This document shows, piece by piece, positions 44,872 to 52,769 of a DNA stretch of 64,000 nt (within the stretch, counting starts at the first letter, position 1; each line of letters opens with the position of its first letter). Location of the stretch: positions 7,093-71,092 of the forward strand of contig JAIPDT010000001.1 in assembly GCA_021737545.1 (NCBI GenBank), given 5' to 3'. Source of the stretch: Desulfobacteraceae bacterium (GTDB lineage: Bacteria > Desulfobacterota > Desulfobacteria > Desulfobacterales > Desulfosalsimonadaceae). The position numbers and the translations under genes are program-made. Below the pieces are notes generated by a model. It worked only from the letters and a program-made list of their open reading frames with translations, ran no database searches and had not been told where the DNA came from.

Positions 44872-46125
44872 TTGGCAGTAATTTGCGAGGAATGCGGAAA
44901 AGTCTATTATATTGATCCCGGGAAGGTCGAGCAATATAGAGACAGAAATATCAGGCTAAGATGCAGCGAGTGCGGTCATGCCACTGAGTTATCCAGATTG
45001 TTCGACACTTACAAAAAGCCCCGGCCCTACACTGAGGATGAGAAGCTGCGGCATAAGGCCGCGCCCTCTGAAGAGTCTTTATATTCAGGGGCGGCAGGAG
45101 AAGATGAATCGGTTTATGTCGCACCTGAAGAACTCGGACTTTCTCCTGTAGAAGCAGAGCCCGGGGATGCCGGCTTTGCAGATGGGGGTTCCTATCCCGT
45201 TCCGGAAAGTTCCGGCGACCATGCCTCAAGAGGATGGATCGGTCTGCGCGGGAAGATGTTTTTTCTGTTCTTTTTAATTCCTGCAGCCTTTCTTGTGGCA
45301 TCAGGTTATTTCTCCCAGATGCGGCTCGAGGAAACCGTTTCAAAAATCACGAATCAGAGCGCGGATATTGTCGCCGACTCCGGTCAAGGGCGAGTTTTGC
45401 AAAAAGCAAAAGATGTTGCCCTGCAGTGCGAAATCTATCTTCGCTTCAATCCCTACCGGCAGCGTGAGGATTTTAGCTACGATCCGGAATTCAATCGGAT
45501 TGCCGTGCAGCAGTTCGGTGAGACCGGCTATACATGCTTGATTCAGGAACCGGAAGAAGGGCAGGGCTGGACTATCTGGGCCCATACCAATCCGAATCTG
45601 ATCGGTATTGATGATATCGATACGTTGCGCAAGGCATTGGGGCAGCAATTTGAAGAGTTTTTTTCCATTGTCAAAGCTTCGAAAGGGCGGAAAATTTCCA
45701 CAGGCCATTACATGTGGAAAGATAATAAAGGAAACCTGCGAAAGAAATATATGGCTGTTGCTCCGATCAAGATCGAAGGAAAGCCGTTTTCAGTAATTGC
45801 ATCAGTCTATATGAACGAGTTTACAGAGAAAATCGAAGAGTTGGGAAAAGACGCCGAACAGATTGCCGCTGATACCCGCAACATCAGCATGGGGTTACTG
45901 GGCTGCGCCATCGCGGCCATAGGCTTGTGCATTTTAATTTACGGCCACAGGCTGAGCCGAAATATCGACAGCCTGACCGATGCGGCCGAGCGTATCAGTG
46001 CAGGCGACCTTGAAGCCGAAATAGAGGTCCGTGCAAATGACCAGATCGGTCATCTGGCCGAGGCTGTTTCGAGGATTCAGGACAGAATGAGGCTTTTTGT
46101 TGAACGTCTGCAAAGAAATATATAA
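44872..46125 (+). CDS. Zn-ribbon (MJ0042-type) / two-TM periplasmic sensor / HAMP protein without output domain
   Basis: 417 aa. The N-terminus is VICEECGKVYYID..RLRCSECGHATEL. TM1 (FFLFFLIPAAFLVASGYF) is followed by a ~190-aa extracytoplasmic Cache-like region and TM2 (LLGCAIAAIGLCILIY). The HAMP domain (RNIDSLTDAAERISAGDLEAEIEV..DQIGHLAEAVSRIQDRM) is followed by the stop. Confidence 0.65.
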   Translation: MAVICEECGKVYYIDPGKVEQYRDRNIRLRCSECGHATELSRLFDTYKKPRPYTEDEKLRHKAAPSEESLYSGAAGEDESVYVAPEELGLSPVEAEPGDAGFADGGSYPVPESSGDHASRGWIGLRGKMFFLFFLIPAAFLVASGYFSQMRLEETVSKITNQSADIVADSGQGRVLQKAKDVALQCEIYLRFNPYRQREDFSYDPEFNRIAVQQFGETGYTCLIQEPEEGQGWTIWAHTNPNLIGIDDIDTLRKALGQQFEEFFSIVKASKGRKISTGHYMWKDNKGNLRKKYMAVAPIKIEGKPFSVIASVYMNEFTEKIEELGKDAEQIAADTRNISMGLLGCAIAAIGLCILIYGHRLSRNIDSLTDAAERISAGDLEAEIEVRANDQIGHLAEAVSRIQDRMRLFVERLQRNI

Positions 46126-46168
46126 ATAATATATTAAAAAAATTGTTAAGGAGTCAGCGGGGCGAGAA

Positions 46169-47212
46169 ATGATTATTATACCCAGAGAAAAACCGGTAAT
46201 TCAACAACTGAACAGCTATTATCTGAACATTGATAAATTCATAGAGCATTACCAGGGGGAATTGGGGGCCGGCACAGTCCACTTTAGGTCATCGTCTGCT
46301 GAAGCCGTGTTGTTTTTCGACGAACAGAGCATGGTCAGCGGTTATCTCGAGGATCACAAGCAAAAGGTGCACGGAAAAGAGGTCGTTGGCCGCATAATAG
46401 AAATGGTTGCCGGTAATAATTTCGTTGTATCCGTATACAGAATTCCCCCCGAAAGGCTTTATTTCTGGGCCAATCTGCCCAATTCAAAACCGCGTTACAA
46501 GGATCTGACCTCCGAGTTTACCGATTTGGAGGGCTTGATAAAAAAAATGGAAGGAGAGCAGCTCACAGGCTTTATCGATGTGGAGTTAAACAACGGGGAG
46601 GGAGGGTTGCTGTTTTTCTACAATGGTCAGGTTATCGGGGGCTCTTCTGCAGACGGCGGCGGCAGTGTGGACCGCTCAAGGGAATACAGGGACGATCTGA
46701 TCCGGCGGTCAAAAGAACACGGCGGCAGGTTCAATGTAGCAGAAGTGTTTCTTGAACCGGAAGAAGGATCGACTGCAGGCAACGATCAAATGCAGAAGGG
46801 TGCCGCAGGGGGCTCAAAAACAGCCGGCAGACCGCAGGGGACCGGAGGCGCAGTGCAAATTAACCGGGAAAGAGTCCTTGAAATGCTCCGGGAGCTTTTG
46901 GCAACACTGGAATCCGTGGTACAGGAAAACCGCAGGATCCGGTCTGATTTTGAAACACTGCTTTCCAGGAAGTTCGTTGAAAAAGTGGATAAATACGAGT
47001 TTCTGGACCCGTTTCTTGCGGAATTCAGATACGCGGGCGGCAAAGTCAGTTATGAAGGCGATGCGCAATGGGGAGAACTTGTAAATGCAGTCTGGGAGTG
47101 CATCAACGAGATTGCACAGGCCAACGGTCTGTCAAACCAGTTGAACAGACGGCTTGACGACTGGCGCAAACGGTTTGCGGGTGAAATTAAAGAATTTGAC
47201 ATAAATTTGTAA
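46169..47212 (+). CDS. Hypothetical protein with two DUF4388/PATAN-like half-motifs and a helical C-terminal domain
   Basis: 347 aa. The two motifs are GAGTVHFRSSSAEAVLFFDEQSMVSGY and LTGFIDVELNNGEGGLLFFYNGQVIGGS. A Gly/Gln-rich linker and a helical C-terminus follow. The motif match is by eye only. Confidence 0.5.
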   Translation: MIIIPREKPVIQQLNSYYLNIDKFIEHYQGELGAGTVHFRSSSAEAVLFFDEQSMVSGYLEDHKQKVHGKEVVGRIIEMVAGNNFVVSVYRIPPERLYFWANLPNSKPRYKDLTSEFTDLEGLIKKMEGEQLTGFIDVELNNGEGGLLFFYNGQVIGGSSADGGGSVDRSREYRDDLIRRSKEHGGRFNVAEVFLEPEEGSTAGNDQMQKGAAGGSKTAGRPQGTGGAVQINRERVLEMLRELLATLESVVQENRRIRSDFETLLSRKFVEKVDKYEFLDPFLAEFRYAGGKVSYEGDAQWGELVNAVWECINEIAQANGLSNQLNRRLDDWRKRFAGEIKEFDINL

Positions 47213-47253
47213 GTACAGGCGAAATTGCCGGCAAAAAGACAAGGTGATATTCG

Positions 47254-48345
47254 ATGAAACCGAAAGTGTTGATCGTAGACGATGATTCAGCATGGCTGCA
47301 GATGATGCAAGAAGAGATGCAGGGCTATTCAGACGCATTTTCCGTGATAACCGCGCATGACGGAAAACAAGCCCTGGAGGTGCTTGCCGCGGAACAGATC
47401 AGCCTGGTGGTCAGTGATCTGCGAATGCCCAACATGGACGGGTTCGAACTGTTAAACAGGATACTGCGTGAGTATCCGGACATTTCCGTGATCATCATCA
47501 CCGCCTACGATCGGCCCAAAACCAGGGAAGTGGTCTTTAAGAGCGGGGCTTATGACTACATGACAAAGCCGTTTACCGCCGCAGAGCTGGCTGAAAAAAT
47601 CAATCTGTCGCTTAAGAAAAAAAGCGAGGGCGGAAGCCTGAACAATGTTTCCCTGGAAACTTTTCTGCAACTCATTGAAATGGAGCAGCAGACCTGTACT
47701 CTGCGGGTAGAAAACAAAAACGGCTCCAAAACCGGCGTGCTTTTTTTCAGGGACGGCGAACTGATGAATGCCAGGATAGGCAGTATGCTTGGTATGGACG
47801 CTGCCTATGAGATCCTTTCCTGGTCCGGGGTGTCGGTATCTATTGATAACCGTTGCCCCGTAACCGAAAAACAGCTTGAAGGGGAACTCCAGGCAATTTT
47901 GCTTGATGCCATGCGCACCAAGGATGAAAACGACGAGAATTTTAGCCCTGAGGAGGATTTAAGTAACGAGCGCCGTGCGGAAGAAAACGCTGAGTATTTA
48001 ACCCCCGCGGAAGATTCAGAAACCGATGAAATCCTTCTTGAAACCCCTGCAAAAAAAGAGCAAAGCTCCAAGAATCAATCGCCTGCAGATACGGTCCTGG
48101 AGAAGTTAAACTCATCTCTGGTCAGTGAAAACGGCGTGGAAGACATTTACGAAGATTCTGCATGGAATTTTCTTATAGAGCAGGCGTCGAATATGGGGGC
48201 AAGTTTCGAAGCCGGCGAGCTAAACGCAATATATATAAACAGGGGAGCAAAAAGTCAATCCGTGATCGTTCCGGGCGAAAAGCCTGCAGTGATTTTAATG
48301 AAACCTGATACGCCCCGGGATCGCATTATAGACGAAGTGAGTTAA
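47254..48345 (+). CDS. Response regulator: REC + DUF4388/PATAN domain + acidic tail
   Basis: 363 aa. The REC domain has KVLIVDDD..VVSDLRMPNMDG..TAYD..K. The PATAN-like part reads GSLNNVSLETFLQLIEMEQQTCTLRVENKNGSKTGVLFFRDGELMNARIG..GMDAAYEILSW. Confidence 0.75.
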   Translation: MKPKVLIVDDDSAWLQMMQEEMQGYSDAFSVITAHDGKQALEVLAAEQISLVVSDLRMPNMDGFELLNRILREYPDISVIIITAYDRPKTREVVFKSGAYDYMTKPFTAAELAEKINLSLKKKSEGGSLNNVSLETFLQLIEMEQQTCTLRVENKNGSKTGVLFFRDGELMNARIGSMLGMDAAYEILSWSGVSVSIDNRCPVTEKQLEGELQAILLDAMRTKDENDENFSPEEDLSNERRAEENAEYLTPAEDSETDEILLETPAKKEQSSKNQSPADTVLEKLNSSLVSENGVEDIYEDSAWNFLIEQASNMGASFEAGELNAIYINRGAKSQSVIVPGEKPAVILMKPDTPRDRIIDEVS

Positions 48346-48415
48346 TTCCAAAAGAGCTGGTCCTGCTATAAACTCCTGATTCAGGTGCATCTGCGGTATC
48401 AATACGGGAAGAGCT

Positions 48416-48781
48416 ATGAATGATATTTTCAAGGACATTCTTTCAATTGAAGGAGTCTGCGGCGTTGCTGTAATAGATGCCCAAGGGGGGCTAATTTTGA
48501 GCCGTTTTTCCGATCAATACAGGGATGAGGCGTCCCGGCTCAACCGTGTGAACTGGAATCTGCTGGCACGGGAGCTTGCCGATATCGTGGAGGCAGAGTT
48601 CGTGTTTGAAAAACGGCGTATATATGTGCGAAAAATCCAGCCCGGATTTTTTATCACCCTGATAGAGGATATAGCACCGGTTACCATGGTGCGGATGAAC
48701 TGCGAAGTCCTGCAGTCTTCGTTAGACAGCCTGAAGTCCGGCGGCAGGATTTCTCAGATCTTGAAAAAAAGAATTTTTTGA
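48416..48781 (+). CDS. Roadblock/LC7-like protein (second copy)
   Basis: 121 aa. It has ILSIEGVCGVAVIDAQGGLILSRF and FFITLIEDIAPVTMVRMNCEVL. Confidence 0.6.
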   Translation: MNDIFKDILSIEGVCGVAVIDAQGGLILSRFSDQYRDEASRLNRVNWNLLARELADIVEAEFVFEKRRIYVRKIQPGFFITLIEDIAPVTMVRMNCEVLQSSLDSLKSGGRISQILKKRIF

Positions 48782-48806
48782 GTTTGGATTAAGGGTCTTC
48801 TGAAAT

Positions 48807-51191
48807 ATGGAAAACACACAGGAAAAATCAGGTTTTGACGCAAAAATGAAATCCGCCGAGGCCTATGAAACTCACGGGCTTTTTGAGGAGGCGGTAACCC
48901 TCTACAAAGAGATTCTTGAAGGGTTCTCCGATCTCGCTGAAGAAAACCGCACAAAGATACGGGAGAAGATAGACACGCTTGGCAAGGAACTCGAAGAGGT
49001 CGAACAGGCGGCGGCGGCCGCAGAGTTATCCAGCGAAGACGTCACCCATATTAAATCCGGACTTTCCATCGGGGGAAGTGCGCCCGAGATCTGCGACAGC
49101 GCCATGGCGTTTAAGGAGCTGGGCCTTTTCAAGGAAGCTTTGGCAGAGTATAAAAAGCTTTTTGGGATAGACTATGCGCTTGAAAATTTTTATGCAGAGG
49201 TTTTGGAATGCCTTTTCGGGGTGTTTGCTCCTTCCCGCGTGATCGAAGAGATCGATAAGATCGCCTCTGAAAAAAAGGTCGATGACAAGACAAAGGCGGC
49301 AATGAAATATGAGTTGGGCCAGGCATTGGAGCAGCGGGATTACAAGGAGCTTGCAATTGAGTGCTATAAATCTGTCCAGAGCATCGACCCTGTATATCCA
49401 AAGATCAAGGAAAAAATCGAGGCGGTAGAGCCCGGACACCGTTTTGAGTCCCGCTACGACTATCTGCTGCGCAACAATATCGTCACAACAGACCAGCTCC
49501 AGAAGGCACTGAGCCAGTCTAAAAAAACGAAAAAAAGCGTCGAGCAGGTTCTAATGGACCAGTTCAAGGTCCCCAAGGATCAGATAGGAAAGTCGCTTTC
49601 AGCTTATTATAATTGCCCTTTTAAGGCTTATAATCCGAGCATGGAAGTTCCCTATGAACTTTTGAAGAATTTGAAAAAACCTTTTCTGCTCCAGGACCTT
49701 TGGGTGCCGATGCACTGGGAGGTCGACCATATCGAAATTCTGCTCGACGACCCCAAGGATCTGCGCAAGCTGGATCATGCAAAGGCTTTATTTAACACCA
49801 ACAAGTTCACCTTTTCCGTGGGAACAAAGGAAGATATCGAAGCTATCATAAATCATTTCTTTGCGGAAAAGAAGTCCTTAAGAAGCCAGAAGGATGCCGC
49901 CCCCTCGCAGGATTTCGACGATTTGCCCGAGATCGAATTCGAGGAGGAGGAAGAAGAAGAGGGCGAAGAGATAGATGGTTATACAGAGGCCTCGGGCAAG
50001 GTGGTCCGTCTGGTGGATCAGGCCCTGATCACAGCCTTTAAAAGAGGCGCCTCTGACGTTCATGTGGAGCCCTCTCCGATTACCAAGAAGACCAAGATAC
50101 GGTTCCGCATAGACGGTGTATGCCAGGATTTTATGGAAATCCCCAACACTTTTGCCAAGGCTGTGCTATCGCGGATAAAGATCATGGCAGGTTTGGACAT
50201 TGCCGAGCGCAGGATGCCCCAGGACGGCAAGGTCAAGTTCAAGCGCCGCGGACTGCCCCAGTTTGAGCTCCGTGTTGCGACTCTGCCCACTGCGGGCGGC
50301 TACGAAGACTCTGTTCTTCGCATTCTGGCCTCTGCAGGTGCCATGAAGCTCGATGAAATGGGAATGACAGAGCGGAATCTTCAGGTGATGAGAAAATCCA
50401 TATCCAAGCCCTACGGGCTTATTCTATGCGTGGGGCCCACAGGTTCGGGTAAAACAACCACCCTGCATTCCGCTCTGCATCATATTAACACCCCGGAGCG
50501 CAAGATATGGACTGCAGAAGATCCCGTGGAAATCACTCAGCAGGGTCTGCGCCAGGTCGAGGTGCACAAAAAGATCGGCCTGGATTTTGCCCGTATCATG
50601 CGTTCTTTTCTGCGGGCGGACCCCGACGTGATAATGGTGGGCGAAATGCGGGACTACGAGACCGCTTCAATCGGTATAGAGGCCTCGCTTACCGGGCACC
50701 TGGTTTTTTCCACCCTGCATACGAATTCCGCACCGGAGACAGTGACCCGGCTTTTAGATATGGGGCTAAATCCCCTGAACTTTTCCGACGCATTTATAAG
50801 CGTGCTTGCACAAAGGCTCGTTAGACGATTATGCCCAAGCTGCCGGCAGGAGTATAATCCTTCAAAGGAAGAATTCGAAGAAATAAAAGAAATATACGGT
50901 CCGCAAGCTTTTGAGCAGACAGACATTACTTTTTCTGATGATCTTAAGCTGTATTCTCCCAAAGGTTGCGATGAGTGCAGCGGCACGGGGTATAAAGGCC
51001 GAATGGGAATCCACGAATTAATGGACGGTACCAGGGAGATTAAACGCCTGATCAAGAAGCAGGCCAGTGCCGAGGATCTGTTTTATCAGGCAAGCAGTGA
51101 AGGCATGACCACCCTGGTCCAGGACGGGTTAATGAAAATGTTTCAGGGCTTAACCGACATTAACGAGGTGCGTAGGGTCTGCCTTATCTGA
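48807..51191 (+). CDS. PilB/GspE-family secretion ATPase with N-terminal TPR-like region and T2SSE_N domain
   Basis: 794 aa. TPR-like helices cover aa 1-210 and a T2SSE_N-like domain covers ~215-345. A poly-Glu linker (EFEEEEEEEGEE) follows. It has Walker A GPTGSGKTTT, the Asp box/Walker B IMVGEMRD, the His box TGHLVFSTLHTN, and the tetra-Cys motif CPSC..CDEC. Confidence 0.85.
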   Translation: MENTQEKSGFDAKMKSAEAYETHGLFEEAVTLYKEILEGFSDLAEENRTKIREKIDTLGKELEEVEQAAAAAELSSEDVTHIKSGLSIGGSAPEICDSAMAFKELGLFKEALAEYKKLFGIDYALENFYAEVLECLFGVFAPSRVIEEIDKIASEKKVDDKTKAAMKYELGQALEQRDYKELAIECYKSVQSIDPVYPKIKEKIEAVEPGHRFESRYDYLLRNNIVTTDQLQKALSQSKKTKKSVEQVLMDQFKVPKDQIGKSLSAYYNCPFKAYNPSMEVPYELLKNLKKPFLLQDLWVPMHWEVDHIEILLDDPKDLRKLDHAKALFNTNKFTFSVGTKEDIEAIINHFFAEKKSLRSQKDAAPSQDFDDLPEIEFEEEEEEEGEEIDGYTEASGKVVRLVDQALITAFKRGASDVHVEPSPITKKTKIRFRIDGVCQDFMEIPNTFAKAVLSRIKIMAGLDIAERRMPQDGKVKFKRRGLPQFELRVATLPTAGGYEDSVLRILASAGAMKLDEMGMTERNLQVMRKSISKPYGLILCVGPTGSGKTTTLHSALHHINTPERKIWTAEDPVEITQQGLRQVEVHKKIGLDFARIMRSFLRADPDVIMVGEMRDYETASIGIEASLTGHLVFSTLHTNSAPETVTRLLDMGLNPLNFSDAFISVLAQRLVRRLCPSCRQEYNPSKEEFEEIKEIYGPQAFEQTDITFSDDLKLYSPKGCDECSGTGYKGRMGIHELMDGTREIKRLIKKQASAEDLFYQASSEGMTTLVQDGLMKMFQGLTDINEVRRVCLI

Positions 51192-51218
51192 TCAAAAGAC
51201 CGCACAGGAATCACCGCT

Positions 51219-51668
51219 TTGTTTGAATCCTTTAAAATGCGTCTGCTGGAGCGCCTCAGGCGATATTTCCCCGGAGCCAAACAGCAGCGAGAGGCGTATA
51301 CCGGCTCGGGAGGTTTCGAACAGCGGGATTTTGACAGATATCCGGTGAGCTTCCCGGTTCGGATATCCGGAAAGGATAAAAACAGATCGCCGTTTGAGGA
51401 AGAAAGCCGACTGCAGGATGTTTCCGGCAACGGCGCCATGTTTATAACACGTTATCCTGATCGTTATTATCCTGGTCAGCTTTTGCAGCTTTCCATTCTG
51501 CTTGACGCGGCCGAAGATGTGCAGGCGTGCATCAGCAACGAAGCCGCCGTGGTACGGATTCATCCTCACCATTGTGAATTATCTGACCCTTCCGGGCTGG
51601 CTGGCATAGCTGTCAGATTCCATTATACATTTGATTTCGAACGGGTCGATCCCGGCCACGGCTGGTAG
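51219..51668 (+). CDS. PilZ domain protein
   Basis: 149 aa. It has the canonical c-di-GMP motifs RDFDR (RxxxR) and DVSGNG (DxSxxG). An alternative start Met lies at 51237. Confidence 0.7.
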   Translation: MFESFKMRLLERLRRYFPGAKQQREAYTGSGGFEQRDFDRYPVSFPVRISGKDKNRSPFEEESRLQDVSGNGAMFITRYPDRYYPGQLLQLSILLDAAEDVQACISNEAAVVRIHPHHCELSDPSGLAGIAVRFHYTFDFERVDPGHGW

Positions 51669-51673
51669 AGTGG

Positions 51674-52756
51674 ATGAGCGGTCGTCGACGAAGAGACTAT
51701 ACAACCTTTTCCGGCAAGCTACCGGTGGCACTGGCCCTGATGGGGATTATACCGTGCCTCCTGGTTGTCTATTTGTTTGTGTATGAAAAAATCACGCTGA
51801 CCCAGGGGTTGCTTTTGTTTGCTCCCCTGGTATTGTTTTCCATGCTCACCGGGTTTTTTCTGATACGGCGCTCTGCAGAACAGCTCTACTACTTGAGCAG
51901 TGAAACAGCCAAGCTTCAGGCAGGTGAAAAAGATGAACCCATCCGGATAAAAGCCGACCGTGAATTAACCGAAATTGCAGAGCATTTCAATTCCCTTTAT
52001 AACAGCCTTGCGGAGTTAAATCGCAAGAACCAGGAACAGGCGGCCCAATTGATGGTCTATGCCCGGGATTTGGCCCTGTCCTACCAGCGCAGCAAACAGG
52101 AACAGGAACTGAGAAACCGTCTGAGCAGATACGTGGGAAACAATCTGGTGGAAAAGCTGGTCAACTTAAAGGACGGGGTCTTCATGGAAACCGAAAGGCG
52201 CAACGTCACGGTGCTGTTTGCGGACATCCGATCATTTTCCACCATTGCAGAGCGTATGGCTGCAGAAGATGTTGTTGAGATGTTAAACGAGTACTTCAGT
52301 ATTATGGTTGATATCATATTTGAAAACGGCGGACTTCTCGATAAGTTCGTGGGCGATCAGCTCATTGCGGTATTCGGCCTGGTGGATACCGACATAAACG
52401 CCACTGAAAACGCAATTCGGTCCGGCATTGAAATGCAGGCGGCCACGGAAAAGCTTATGCAGCAGCGCCGGCAGGCGGGCCGGGAATATTTCGAGATCGG
52501 CATCGGTATCAACACCGGCAACGCCATTATAGGAAACATAGGTTCTTCCAATCGCATGGATTATACCGTGATCGGCGATTGCGTAAACGTGGCGGCTCGC
52601 TTGGAGGAAATGGCAAGAGGCGGGGAAATCATTATCGGCGAGCAGACGTATCTGGCAAGTGCCGCCAATTTTGCATTTGAATCCCGGGGCGAGGTATATG
52701 TCAAAAACAAGCTGGAGCCGGTGGTGTGCTACAATGTTTTGGGCCGGGACTTGTAA
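51674..52756 (+). CDS. Membrane-anchored HAMP-like + class III adenylate cyclase
   Basis: 360 aa with two TM helices. The CHD has VTVLFADIRSFS, LDKFVGDQLIAVFG (Lys) and MDYTVIGDCVNVAARLE (Asp), giving ATP-type specificity residues. It lies 5 nt after the PilZ stop. Confidence 0.8.
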   Translation: MSGRRRRDYTTFSGKLPVALALMGIIPCLLVVYLFVYEKITLTQGLLLFAPLVLFSMLTGFFLIRRSAEQLYYLSSETAKLQAGEKDEPIRIKADRELTEIAEHFNSLYNSLAELNRKNQEQAAQLMVYARDLALSYQRSKQEQELRNRLSRYVGNNLVEKLVNLKDGVFMETERRNVTVLFADIRSFSTIAERMAAEDVVEMLNEYFSIMVDIIFENGGLLDKFVGDQLIAVFGLVDTDINATENAIRSGIEMQAATEKLMQQRRQAGREYFEIGIGINTGNAIIGNIGSSNRMDYTVIGDCVNVAARLEEMARGGEIIIGEQTYLASAANFAFESRGEVYVKNKLEPVVCYNVLGRDL

Positions 52757-52769
52757 GCGATAAACCTTT

